Both the position numbers and the translations under genes were made by a program. A DNA stretch of 58,326 nt, taken from a virus. Taxonomy: Duplodnaviria > Caudoviricetes. This document shows, piece by piece, positions 1-9,252 of the stretch. The stretch is taken from positions 1 through 58,326 of the IMG/VR virus record IMGVR_UViG_3300031509_000052; one strand, written 5' to 3'. The notes beneath the pieces were generated by a model that worked only from the letters and a program-made list of their open reading frames with translations, searched no databases and was not told where the DNA came from. Within the stretch, counting starts at the first letter, position 1; each line of letters opens with the position of its first letter.

Positions 1-148
1 GTATACGGAGTCTGCATTTGTAAACATCGAACCTAAACCCGAATGCCATTCGTATACATCCCGCCCTTGACGGCCTTGCCCACCCCGCAAATAATTCTCT
101 TACCCCCGGGAGGGGGGTGTGCGAGGGGGGAGGGGCCAAAAAGAGCGG

Positions 149-201
149 CCCCAGAGCCCCAAGCCCAGAGCCCATAGCCCAGAGCCCATAGCCCATAGCC
201 C
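149..201 (+). repeat. Tandem heptamer array GCCCA(G/T)A near the left end
   Basis: gcccaga/gcccata units repeated in tandem; the reverse-complement array (tatgggc) is at the right end. Confidence 0.8.
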
Positions 202-255
202 CGCCCCATAGTCTTTCCCTTTCCCTTTCCCGCCCCTATGTAGTAGACTTTGTTT

Positions 256-1260
256 GTGGAGACGGCCGCCCCTCAACCCGCCCCCGCCACCGCGACTCCC
301 CCGTCGTCGCAGCCGCAGCCGCACCCGCACTGTGTCCTCTGTGGGGTCTCCCTCCGCTTTTCGCACAACGCGGCCGGATCATACGGCCTCATCCACGCCC
401 CCTGCGGGCCGTTGTGCGCGCATTGCCTTCGAGGCTTATCCTCCAGGTGCCCGTGCGGCAGGGCGGCCGTCTCCTCCCACTATGGCGTATGCCGCGAGCA
501 CTTCATCCCGTGGGACCTCTACACCGGCGAGCGCCGCCCGCGGCTCACCCGCCACGAGTGGGAGCTCCTCGCGCTCCTCTACGCCGCCTCCGGCCCCCTC
601 ACCCTCCACCCCTCCTCCCACGCCCTTGTCCGCAGGATCAACACCATCCTCCGCCTCAAGCCCGGCGTGGACCCCATCCTCACCCTCATCTCCTCCCGCT
701 TTGTCCTCAACCAGCGCTTTGTCGCCGAGGCCGCCTCGACCTCCGACTTCTTCCTCGACCGCTACCTCACCCACCCGCGGGCGTTCACCTTCGACGGCGA
801 TACCCGCACCATTACCGACCGCCGCGCGGGCTGCTTCACCGGCCCGCCTCCCGCCGCCGAGCCCATCATCCTCCCCCACCAGCTCACCGCGGCCGAGCTC
901 TCCTTCGCGGCCCTCCTCTCCTCCTCGCGCCTCAGCCTCGAGGCCTACCCGCAAGTCCGCGTAGGCGGCTATGTGGCTGATTTCCTCCTCACCGGCCTCT
1001 GCCTCAATAGCGGCCGCCTCTTCCCGCCGGTCATCATCGAGATCGACGGCTCCTCCCACAACTCCTCCTCCTCCCGCGCTTACGACAAACGCCGCACAGC
1101 CAACCTACGGGCCTTGGGCTACGAGGTCATCCGCTTCACCAACGACGAAGTCCTCAACTCCCCCGGCTCTGTCCTCACCGCGCTCCTCATCGTCCGCGGC
1201 TGGGACCCCTCCCGCCGCCCATCCCCGGCACCCGCCGCCGCGCCCTCTCCTTTACACTAA
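256..1260 (+). CDS. DUF559/Vsr-like endonuclease with N-terminal Cys-rich (Zn-binding) region
   Basis: C-terminal QVRVGGYVADF..IIEIDGSSH..YDKRRTANLRALGYEVIRFTNDEV pattern; CxxC pairs at N-terminus; GTG 256 lies 6 nt after TAGACT (possible leaderless start). Confidence 0.75.
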   Translation: METAAPQPAPATATPPSSQPQPHPHCVLCGVSLRFSHNAAGSYGLIHAPCGPLCAHCLRGLSSRCPCGRAAVSSHYGVCREHFIPWDLYTGERRPRLTRHEWELLALLYAASGPLTLHPSSHALVRRINTILRLKPGVDPILTLISSRFVLNQRFVAEAASTSDFFLDRYLTHPRAFTFDGDTRTITDRRAGCFTGPPPAAEPIILPHQLTAAELSFAALLSSSRLSLEAYPQVRVGGYVADFLLTGLCLNSGRLFPPVIIEIDGSSHNSSSSRAYDKRRTANLRALGYEVIRFTNDEVLNSPGSVLTALLIVRGWDPSRRPSPAPAAAPSPLH

Positions 1261-1264
1261 TGCT

Positions 1265-2158
1265 ATGCCTCCGTCGTCCTCATCCTCATCCTTCTCCTCA
1301 TCCTTTCCCCCCAACTCTCCCTTGTCCTCATCCTCATCCTCCTCCTCTCCCTCCTCTTCCCCTACCCTTGATCTCCTCCTCTCCCAGTTCGCAGAAAACC
1401 TCACCGGCCTCAAGGGGGACGACCGCCGCGCCTACGAGGACCTCGAATTCTACTCCCGGTACGTCATCGGCTGGGGCAACCCCGAGTACCGCGAAAACTC
1501 CCGCTTCCTCAAGCGCATCTACGAGGCCCTCCAGTACAGCCCGGACAACCAGTTCCTCATCCTCGGCCCGCGCGGCTCGGCCAAGTCCTCCGCGGTCACC
1601 ATCACCTACACCACGTGGATGATCGGCCGCAACCCGTCCATCCGCATTCTCCTCGCCTTCGCCTCGATGGAGGCGCAGGGCCGCGCGTTCGCCCGCCAGA
1701 TCGACCAGATCCTCACCGCCAACGAGCGCTATATCCGCATCTTCGGCCGCCTCAAGCCCGACCGCCCCGAGAAATGGGACGCCACGGAGAAGATCGTCGT
1801 CCGCCCAGAGCCGCCGGGCGGCCTGAAGGACCCCACGATCAGCATTGTCGGCGCGGGCTCCCACGTGCCAAGCCGCCGCGCGGATATCGTCATAGGCGAT
1901 GACCTCGTCACGCAGGAAAACGCCTACAGCCCCGCCCTCCGCGCCCAGCTCTCCGCGTTCGTCAAGCAATCCCTCCTCCCCATCCTCGTCCCCGGCGGCC
2001 GCGCCATTTTCGTGGGCTCCCGCTGGGACCCCCGTGACCTCTACGCCGAGCTCGCTGATGACTGGGGCCTCACGTTCCCTCCCCCGGTCCCTGTTGACAC
2101 CGCCAAACTCGCCGCTCTTCTCGATAAAGAAAAAGAAAACGAAGGAAGCACACCCTGA
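1265..2158 (+). CDS. terL: Terminase large subunit, N-terminal ATPase part
   Basis: Walker A GPRGSAKS, Walker B DIVIGDD, coupling motif GSRW; ATG 1265 lies 6 nt after TACACT; poly-Ser N-terminus. Confidence 0.85.
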   Translation: MPPSSSSSSFSSSFPPNSPLSSSSSSSSPSSSPTLDLLLSQFAENLTGLKGDDRRAYEDLEFYSRYVIGWGNPEYRENSRFLKRIYEALQYSPDNQFLILGPRGSAKSSAVTITYTTWMIGRNPSIRILLAFASMEAQGRAFARQIDQILTANERYIRIFGRLKPDRPEKWDATEKIVVRPEPPGGLKDPTISIVGAGSHVPSRRADIVIGDDLVTQENAYSPALRAQLSAFVKQSLLPILVPGGRAIFVGSRWDPRDLYAELADDWGLTFPPPVPVDTAKLAALLDKEKENEGSTP

Positions 2159-3057
2159 TGGCAGTCCTCATCTACGAACGCGCCATCCACGTCGACGAGG
2201 AAACCGGCGAACTCCGCTCCTACTGGCCTGAGTACTGGCCGCTCGAGCGGCTCGCCGAGCGCTGGCGCATCCTCGGCTCCGGGGCTTTCGCCGCTTCTTA
2301 CCAGAACGACCCCACCGCACTTCAAGGCAACGCCCTCGAGCGCGACTGGCTGACCTTCTACCTCCCGGACGAACTCGAAGCCGCCCGCGAGGCCGCCGGT
2401 GTAGAACGCGGGCAGATCATCGCCGGCGTGGACCCGGCCCGCGGCGGCACAGGCCGCCATGCGGACTACTTCGCCGCAGTCCTCGGCGAACTCATCGACA
2501 ACACCCTCTTCCTCATCGACAACTTCAACCGCCGCCTCCCCATCGAGCACCAGGCCCAGTTCCTCGAAGACTGGCTCACCGCCCGCGGCGGCATCCTCTA
2601 CGGCGTGATCGAAGACACCTCGGCCCGCGGCTATGTCTGGAACGACCTCCAGAACGTCAACGGCGGCGCCGGCTCCCGCTACAACTGGATCATCGAAAAG
2701 GTCCAAGGCCGCGGCGCGGTGGGCTCGAAAGAGATGCGCTTTCTGGCCATGGCACCGCGCTTCAAGTCCGGGCAGGTCCGCATTCCCGGCCGCCGCCTCA
2801 ACTCCGGTCAGCTCGATCCTGCACCCGCATGGGAGACCTTCGTCCAGCAGTGGTGTGCGTTCCCCGGAGGCCACGACGACCTCCTCGATGCCGCCTACTG
2901 GTGCCAGTACGCCGCCTTCGCCAAGGCCCAGCCGCCCGCCGCCGCGCAGGGCGCTCCGCGGCCGGGCCTCTGCCCGCACAACCGGCCTGAGGCTTCCTGC
3001 TATGATTGCAACTCTGTAAGCGGCCGCCGCATGCGGTTCGGCATCTTCCGCCGCTAA
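2158..3057 (+). CDS. terL: Terminase large subunit, C-terminal RNase H-like nuclease part
   Basis: YWPEYWPLERL, FAASYQNDP, GVDPA..DY, FPGGHDDLLDA motifs; TGATG overlap with the ATPase ORF. Confidence 0.85.
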   Translation: MAVLIYERAIHVDEETGELRSYWPEYWPLERLAERWRILGSGAFAASYQNDPTALQGNALERDWLTFYLPDELEAAREAAGVERGQIIAGVDPARGGTGRHADYFAAVLGELIDNTLFLIDNFNRRLPIEHQAQFLEDWLTARGGILYGVIEDTSARGYVWNDLQNVNGGAGSRYNWIIEKVQGRGAVGSKEMRFLAMAPRFKSGQVRIPGRRLNSGQLDPAPAWETFVQQWCAFPGGHDDLLDAAYWCQYAAFAKAQPPAAAQGAPRPGLCPHNRPEASCYDCNSVSGRRMRFGIFRR

Positions 3058-3079
3058 CTCCCAGCACGAAAGGATCACG

Positions 3080-3526
3080 ATGCTGCTCCGCCGCCTCTTC
3101 TCCCCCTCTTCCTCTTCCTCTCTCTCCCGCATCCGCCTCATTCCCCCCGTCCTCCCCTCGAACAAACCCTCCCCGCTTCCCATCCTCACCCTCGAGCCCT
3201 TCTCCACCACCGTCCTCTTCTTCGACTTCTCCCCGCTCGACTACAACCGCGCCTACCGCCTCCGCGCCGAAACCCCCGCGCTCTCCACCACCTCCATCTT
3301 CGACATCACCTTTTCCCGCCCCTCCCCCGATTACCCCCCAGTCACCATGGTCAACAAAGCCCCCGCCTCCCAGGCCCCTTCCCTCATTCTCTGCGCTTTT
3401 CCCCCGAATCCGTTCGAACGCCGCCTTTTTCTCCAGCAAACGCAGGGAGTCGAGCACGAAATAACCGTGTATAGTGTGGATGCGGGGAATCTCTCGTGGC
3501 CGCACCCGCAGGCCATCATCCTCTAA
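3080..3526 (+). CDS. Hypothetical protein
   Basis: ORF with aagga SD fills the gap between terminase and portal. Confidence 0.5.
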   Translation: MLLRRLFSPSSSSSLSRIRLIPPVLPSNKPSPLPILTLEPFSTTVLFFDFSPLDYNRAYRLRAETPALSTTSIFDITFSRPSPDYPPVTMVNKAPASQAPSLILCAFPPNPFERRLFLQQTQGVEHEITVYSVDAGNLSWPHPQAIIL

Positions 3527-3538
3527 GGGAAAGAACCC

Positions 3539-4843
3539 GTGGCGATCCCGCTCTACCCCGAGCCCGCAACCGTCTTTACCGCCACCGAAGCCGCGCGGAA
3601 CGAGGACGACGGCTGGCGGGTGGTCTCCGGCATCCCGAAACGCAAAGCCCCCATCATCGACATGGACCCCACCCTGCATACCCGCATGCAGGAGTACTCC
3701 ATGCGGGCCTACCGCTTCAACGCCCTCGCGCACCGCCTCATCGAGCACCAGATCCACGTCGTCCTGGGAAACGGGATCTCCATCAACTCCTCCAAGCCGC
3801 GCATTCTCGAAGCGATCCAGGAGTGGTGGGAGCTCAACGACTGGGACCGCCGCATTTACGAGCGCCTCCGCAGCCTGTACATCTACGGCGAGTGGCTGCA
3901 CCTCCCCACGGAGAACGGCCGCCTCGCCGACGTCGTCCCCATCAAGATCGCCAACGTCCAGCGTGATGAGGCCGACCACGGCCAGGCGGACATTGTGGTC
4001 ATCGATACCGTCCTCTCCGCGAACGGCAAAGAGCTCAAAGATGTCCCCTTCCGCGTGATCCGCGACCGCTCTGTCTCCGACCGCCGCCGCCTCGACGGCG
4101 ATATCTTCTTCTTCGCGATCAACCGCGTCGCCGGCAACATGCGCGGCGTGGGCGACCTCTTCCCCGTCCTCGACTACCTGCAGGTCTTCGATGACATGCT
4201 CTTCAGCCGCGCCGAGCGGGTCAAACTCATGTCCCAGATCTTCTGGGACGTCACCATTGACGGCATGTCTGAGGCCCAGCTCGACCAGTGGATCCAGACC
4301 CGCTCCGATCTCCCGCCCGCTCCCGGCTCCGTCTTCGCGCACAACTCGTCGGTCAAGATCTCCCCCGTCGCTGCCGATCTCAGAGCCGATGACCACAGCG
4401 TGGATGCCGGCCTCCTCAAAACCCACATCATCGCCTCCAGCGGCTGGCCCAGCATCTGGTTCGACGAGTCCGGCGCAAGCCGCGCCTCCGCACAGGAAGT
4501 CGCCGAGCCCGCATACCGCCACATCCAGAACCGCCAGCGCGAGCTCGCCTCCTTCCTCACCCTCGAAATCGACTGGTACCTCCAGCAGCGCGGCATCCGC
4601 CGCTCCTCGCGGCCGTGGGAGGACTACACTATCACCTTCAGCCGCCCCTCCACCCGCGAGCTCCAGCGCATCGGCCCGGCGATCGGCCGCATTGCCGACT
4701 TCATCAACGCCGCGCTCGAAGCAGGGATCATCACCAAGGAAGAAGCCCGCGGCGTGCTCCTCACGCAGATCAACCAGCTTGGCCTCACCGACATGCCTAT
4801 AGACCTCAAGCTCCCGGCAGAGCTCTCCACCCCCACGCAATAA
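3539..4843 (+). CDS. Portal protein
   Basis: 434 aa after terminase; LYIYGE, RGVGDLFPVLDYL motifs typical of portals. Confidence 0.75.
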   Translation: MAIPLYPEPATVFTATEAARNEDDGWRVVSGIPKRKAPIIDMDPTLHTRMQEYSMRAYRFNALAHRLIEHQIHVVLGNGISINSSKPRILEAIQEWWELNDWDRRIYERLRSLYIYGEWLHLPTENGRLADVVPIKIANVQRDEADHGQADIVVIDTVLSANGKELKDVPFRVIRDRSVSDRRRLDGDIFFFAINRVAGNMRGVGDLFPVLDYLQVFDDMLFSRAERVKLMSQIFWDVTIDGMSEAQLDQWIQTRSDLPPAPGSVFAHNSSVKISPVAADLRADDHSVDAGLLKTHIIASSGWPSIWFDESGASRASAQEVAEPAYRHIQNRQRELASFLTLEIDWYLQQRGIRRSSRPWEDYTITFSRPSTRELQRIGPAIGRIADFINAALEAGIITKEEARGVLLTQINQLGLTDMPIDLKLPAELSTPTQ

Positions 4844-4855
4844 AGGACACTCCCC

Positions 4856-5284
4856 GTGCTCCAGCGCTTTACCATCGCCATCGTCCTCAAGGGCATACCC
4901 CGCGACGACGCCGGCCGCGTTCTCCCTGCCGAAGTCCTGCGCGTCTCTGAAGCCCTCGCCAACTCCATCACCTACGGCACTTTCTACCTCCCCACCTCCC
5001 GCCTCCTTGTCCGCCCGGTAGTCCGCATCCGCTCTGACCCGCGCCGCCTGATGGTGGAGCTCCTCGCCGAAGAAGCCGCCAACGAGGCCGAAGCCCTCGC
5101 GTGGCGCAATACCGCCTACCAGCACAAGGTCTTCTCCGAGGCGATCAAGAAAGCCACCGCCCTTGCCGTTGCCGACTGGGCCTCCTCCTCCCACGATATT
5201 GCGCGGATTGCCTCCTGGGACGGATCTGTGCGATCATCCGCAGCAGACAGGGACGCTGCGGGGGAATATGTACGAGCCAGTTGA
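4856..5284 (+). CDS. Hypothetical protein (head module)
   Basis: ORF with aagga SD, in operon. Confidence 0.55.
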   Translation: MLQRFTIAIVLKGIPRDDAGRVLPAEVLRVSEALANSITYGTFYLPTSRLLVRPVVRIRSDPRRLMVELLAEEAANEAEALAWRNTAYQHKVFSEAIKKATALAVADWASSSHDIARIASWDGSVRSSAADRDAAGEYVRAS

Positions 5285-5477
5285 TTACGGCATAGCGGGT
5301 GCGGCAGCGCTGATCATTACCGCCCTCTGGCGGCGTCTTCTCGTGCTCGAAGACCGCAATGATGCGAACATCAAGCACATGACGATGACCATCGAACAGC
5401 TCACGGCGGTGATCAACCGCCTCTGCGAACGCCTCGACAGGGAGAAGCGCCGTGTCAGCTCTGATTCAGCGCCTTAG
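5268..5477 (+). CDS. Small membrane protein, one TM plus coiled coil (BhlA/holin-like)
   Basis: YGIAGAAALIITALW hydrophobic N-terminus followed by heptad-rich tail. Confidence 0.45.
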   Translation: MYEPVDYGIAGAAALIITALWRRLLVLEDRNDANIKHMTMTIEQLTAVINRLCERLDREKRRVSSDSAP

Positions 5478-5661
5478 CCACAACCCGCTCCTTCGCGCCT
5501 TCACCCGCACCCACGCACCAGACGACTGCGTTATCCAGACAGTCGCCAAAGCCCAGCAGACCATTGCCGAAGCGCTGAAACGCCTTGACGTGGAGGGTTC
5601 CGATGATGCCGCTGCCGCCCGCAACACGCGACGTTCTCGTCGACGCCCTCGCGCTGTTTAA
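5452..5661 (+). CDS. Hypothetical protein
   Basis: GTG with ggag SD, overlaps neighbours. Confidence 0.45.
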   Translation: MSALIQRLSHNPLLRAFTRTHAPDDCVIQTVAKAQQTIAEALKRLDVEGSDDAAAARNTRRSRRRPRAV

Positions 5662-5896
5662 CGTCCTCGTCTGGGGGATCGTCCTCCTCACCTCCTTCCG
5701 GGTCTTCTTCGCCCTCGGCCGCTACAACCCGCTCCTCCAGTTCTACGCCTTTCTCATTACCCTCTTCTTTGCCTTCTCCTTCTTCAACGCCATCGCGGCC
5801 TACACCAACTCCACGGTCGACTACCAGCTAATCGACCTTGTACTATCGACAACGGTCGCGATTCTTGTTATTCATCTCCTGTGGAGGGTCAAATGA
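5603..5896 (+). CDS. Three-TM membrane protein
   Basis: Three hydrophobic stretches; ggagg SD. Confidence 0.6.
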   Translation: MMPLPPATRDVLVDALALFNVLVWGIVLLTSFRVFFALGRYNPLLQFYAFLITLFFAFSFFNAIAAYTNSTVDYQLIDLVLSTTVAILVIHLLWRVK

Positions 5897-6168
5897 CTGA
5901 TGCACTCACCTTCGCCGCATCCGCGCCGTTCGTGGCCCTGATCATCCAGCTCCTGATCAAGCCGCTCTTCCCTGCGGTTCACGGCAGGCTCACGCCCATT
6001 GTGGCGTTCGTCATCGCCTGCGCATGGGGCGGCGTCCTCTCTTATACCGGCGACTTCGACGGCAATGCCGCGGAGTTCATCTTCCTCGCGGTGACCGTGG
6101 CTGCCGCGGCTGCCGGGGTGAAGTCCTGGGTTGATGAAGTAAGAGTGAGGAACGGCAGCGATGGCTGA
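5893..6168 (+). CDS. Putative holin (three TM)
   Basis: 91 aa, three hydrophobic helices, charged C-terminus; ggagg SD. Confidence 0.55.
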   Translation: MTDALTFAASAPFVALIIQLLIKPLFPAVHGRLTPIVAFVIACAWGGVLSYTGDFDGNAAEFIFLAVTVAAAAAGVKSWVDEVRVRNGSDG

Positions 6169-8566
6169 GAACGAAGAGCTGCTCGAACGCGACTACTCCG
6201 CGGACCAGCGGAAAGACATGGCCGCCAAGGGGCTTGCGCTCCCTGACGGCTCTTTCCCGATCGCGGACATCACTGACCTGAAGAACGCGATCAAAGCGTT
6301 CGGGCGGGCCAAGGACAAAGACGCCGCCAAGCGGCACATCATCAAGCGCGCCAGGCAGCTTGGTGCCACGGACCTCCTCCCCGATGGCTGGCTCGACGAG
6401 TCCGCGCCCGAGGATGATTCCCAGTCTGAGTCCGAGTCCCAGCCCGAGCCCGAACCCTCGACCTCCCGGGCCGAAGAGTCCGCCATCACCACCTCTCTCC
6501 CTGTGGAGGCGGTCTCCGAAGAAGCCCCCACTCCCACCACCTACCGCTTCCGGATGCTTGTCATCCGCCCCGGCCTCAGCGAGAACCGCAACCTCTGGAA
6601 GCCTGAGGTCCTCGCTGAAGCCGCTCCGCTCCTTGATGGCCGGCCGATTTACCTCGACCACGGGCTTGAGCGGAGCATGGCGGATAAGGTCGGCTGGTGG
6701 TCCGATGCCTCCTACATCGATCCCGGGGGCATCTACGCCACCGCCAACATCTTCCGGAACTCCGCGCACCCGTGGCTCGGCCCCATGATCTCCGAGGCGA
6801 TCAAAAACGGCCAGCCGGGGCTGATCGGAGTCAGCATCGATGCCTACGTTACAGGCACCATTGAACCAGGCCCTGACGGCTCGCTCCAGCGGGTTGTTCA
6901 CCGGATCGAGCGCTTCAACTCCGCGGACATTGTCGCGGAGCCTGGCGCTGGGGGGAAACCGGTCGCGGTCGTAGCCGAGGGAATCTGCACCGACGAGGAG
7001 TTGGAAATGCTCGAAAAACTCACTCTCGAAGAGCTTCGCAAGGCGCGACCCGATCTTGTGGAAGCGCTCGCGAAGACGGCTGAGGAGTCTTCTGTGAAAG
7101 AGGAGGCCCCGAAGCCGGAAGCCACCCATGCCGCTGAAGATAGCGGCGTCATCAAGGAAGTCTCCTCCAAACTGGAGGAGCTCACCCGCCAGCTCGCTCT
7201 CCGCGAGCAGCAGGCCGCTCTTGAGGCAAAGCTGAACGCCTCCCGCCTCCCGGACACCTTCAAGAAGCTCGTCCGGGAAGAGGTCGGCGACCGGCTCCTC
7301 GAGGACGGCGCAATGGACGTGATCATTGCGAAGTACGTGGACGCCTTCAACGCCGTCACCTCCTCGGCCGCTGCCGCCCCCGCCGGCCGGGTGGTGTTCC
7401 CGCTGGGGCCCTCCGATTCGCAGATCACGCCCATTGAGCAGGTGGTGGCCGCCCTCGAAGACTGGTTCGGCGCGCCGGACCCGGAGATGAAGGGCAAGTA
7501 CCACCCGATCGACTCGATCCGCCAGTTCTACACGGCGCTGACGGGCGACCGGGACGTCAGCGGCTACTACAACCCGAAGGAGTCGATTATCGGCGACTAC
7601 CTCGGGATGCGGCTCGCTGAAGCCCTGCCGAACCAGCCGAACATCATTGGCGGCTCGACGGTCACCCTGCCGAACATCTTCGGCCTTTCGATGAACCGCG
7701 CCCTCCAGCGGATGTACAAGGGACAGACCCGCTGGTGGGAGCCCGTCGTCACCCGCACGCGGCTCTCGAACTTCAAGGAGCAGCAGCGGATCATCATGCA
7801 CCAGTTCGGCTCCCTCACCAACCGCCCTGTCGGTACTGAGGAGTACACCGAACTGACCTACAGCGAAACCCAAGAAGTCTTCACCCCGACCGGGTACGGT
7901 AACGTGGTCTCGGTGAGCCGCCGGGCCATCATCAACGATGACCTCGACACGATCCGCCGGATCCCGCTGCTCCTCGCCCAGTCGGCCACCTACACGATCA
8001 ACGAGCGCGTCGCCAACCTGTTCCTCGCGAACTCCGGCGCTGGCGTCACGCTCTCTGACGGCTTCACGTGGTTCAACGCGGCCAACCACCAGGGCAACGC
8101 CGGCACGGCGGCGCTCTCCAAGGGCTCGCTGACGGACGCGATCAAGACCGTGGCCGCGATGACCAACCAGGCCGGCAAGCGGATCGGCTGGCAGCTCCGC
8201 TACCTGCTGATCCCCGTCGACCTGCTTGACACGGCCTACGAGATCACCGCCTCGGAGAAGGTGCCCGGTTCGAACAACAACGAGCCGAACTTCATCCGCT
8301 CGCGGTGGGGCATCCCGACGGAGAACGTGATCGTCGTCCCGCAGTTCACCGACGCGAACAACTGGTACGCGCTCGCTGACCCGTCGGAGATCGCCATTAT
8401 CGAGGTCGGCTTCGTCCTCGGCCGCGAAGAGCCGGAGATCTTCGTCCAGGACTCGGAGAACACCGGCACGGTCTTCACGCACGACACCATGATGTTCAAG
8501 GTCCGCCACGAATACGGCATGGGCGTGCTGGACTACCGTGGCTCGTACGGGGCGATCGTTCCCTAA
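6161..8566 (+). CDS. Fused prohead protease-scaffold-major capsid protein (Mu gpT-like capsid domain)
   Basis: N-terminal ALPDGSFPI domain, protease-like YLDH..GVSID..SADIVAEPGAGG, coiled coil, then capsid domain (YGNVVSVSRRAIINDDL, YLLIPVDL, FKVRHEYGMGVLDYRG). Confidence 0.8.
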   Translation: MAENEELLERDYSADQRKDMAAKGLALPDGSFPIADITDLKNAIKAFGRAKDKDAAKRHIIKRARQLGATDLLPDGWLDESAPEDDSQSESESQPEPEPSTSRAEESAITTSLPVEAVSEEAPTPTTYRFRMLVIRPGLSENRNLWKPEVLAEAAPLLDGRPIYLDHGLERSMADKVGWWSDASYIDPGGIYATANIFRNSAHPWLGPMISEAIKNGQPGLIGVSIDAYVTGTIEPGPDGSLQRVVHRIERFNSADIVAEPGAGGKPVAVVAEGICTDEELEMLEKLTLEELRKARPDLVEALAKTAEESSVKEEAPKPEATHAAEDSGVIKEVSSKLEELTRQLALREQQAALEAKLNASRLPDTFKKLVREEVGDRLLEDGAMDVIIAKYVDAFNAVTSSAAAAPAGRVVFPLGPSDSQITPIEQVVAALEDWFGAPDPEMKGKYHPIDSIRQFYTALTGDRDVSGYYNPKESIIGDYLGMRLAEALPNQPNIIGGSTVTLPNIFGLSMNRALQRMYKGQTRWWEPVVTRTRLSNFKEQQRIIMHQFGSLTNRPVGTEEYTELTYSETQEVFTPTGYGNVVSVSRRAIINDDLDTIRRIPLLLAQSATYTINERVANLFLANSGAGVTLSDGFTWFNAANHQGNAGTAALSKGSLTDAIKTVAAMTNQAGKRIGWQLRYLLIPVDLLDTAYEITASEKVPGSNNNEPNFIRSRWGIPTENVIVVPQFTDANNWYALADPSEIAIIEVGFVLGREEPEIFVQDSENTGTVFTHDTMMFKVRHEYGMGVLDYRGSYGAIVP

Positions 8567-8582
8567 GGTCTAGCCCCTAACT

Positions 8583-8619
8583 GGGAAGGGGAGGGGCGCT
8601 GAACGCTCCTCCCCTTTCC
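8583..8619 (+). terminator. Hairpin after capsid gene (terminator or stabiliser)
   Basis: gggaaggggaggggcg-ctgaa-cgctcctcccctttcc, 16-bp stem with two G-U; no U tract. Confidence 0.55.
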
Positions 8620-8639
8620 TGCATAAGGAGTAAGAACAT

Positions 8640-8915
8640 ATGGCGCGCCGACTCTCTTCTCTCAGTAACACCACCACTGCCTCTGGCGTGCGGGCGGTGG
8701 GGGATTCCAGCGCCGGGGAGGATGCCGCTCTCCTGAGTGAGCTGCTCACGTGGGAGCACATCCCCTCGGCCGAATCCCTTGCCGGCGTCGACCTCGCCAG
8801 CTACCTCAAGGCCCTCAAGGAAGCCGCGGCTTCGAAACCCCGCGCTGAGTGGCCATCTCCCGCGGCCTTCGCCGCCAGCCGCAAGCCGCCGGAGGACAGC
8901 GACGATGCTGCGTGA
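8640..8915 (+). CDS. Hypothetical protein
   Basis: taaggag SD, directly after capsid gene. Confidence 0.6.
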   Translation: MARRLSSLSNTTTASGVRAVGDSSAGEDAALLSELLTWEHIPSAESLAGVDLASYLKALKEAAASKPRAEWPSPAAFAASRKPPEDSDDAA

Positions 8916-9252
8916 CGTCATCCTCAAGATCGTCGGCAACGGTACGGCTTCCGCGCCGGCTTTCGGCGCGCTGAAAGCCATCACCATCGCCTCAGAGTCC
9001 GGGGCCGCGGCTACCCGCTCGGTCTCTGTCTCTGCTGGTCTCGGCAGCCCGTACGCGCAGACCTTCGGGCCGGTCACCATCGGCTCGGGCAGCGCCCAGT
9101 ACGCGCCGCGCCTGCAGGCTGTCGGCACGAACCTCACGACCACCGTCTCCGCCTACTCCGAGTTCGTCGTCAACGGCACCGTCTCCGCCACCGTCACCGG
9201 GGCGAACCCCACGGATGTGACCCTCGTCTACCTTTACTTCGACGGAGGCTGA
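8905..9252 (+). CDS. Putative virion structural (decoration-like) protein
   Basis: Ser/Thr/Gly-rich beta-type sequence, ggagg SD, head module position. Confidence 0.5.
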   Translation: MLRDVILKIVGNGTASAPAFGALKAITIASESGAAATRSVSVSAGLGSPYAQTFGPVTIGSGSAQYAPRLQAVGTNLTTTVSAYSEFVVNGTVSATVTGANPTDVTLVYLYFDGG

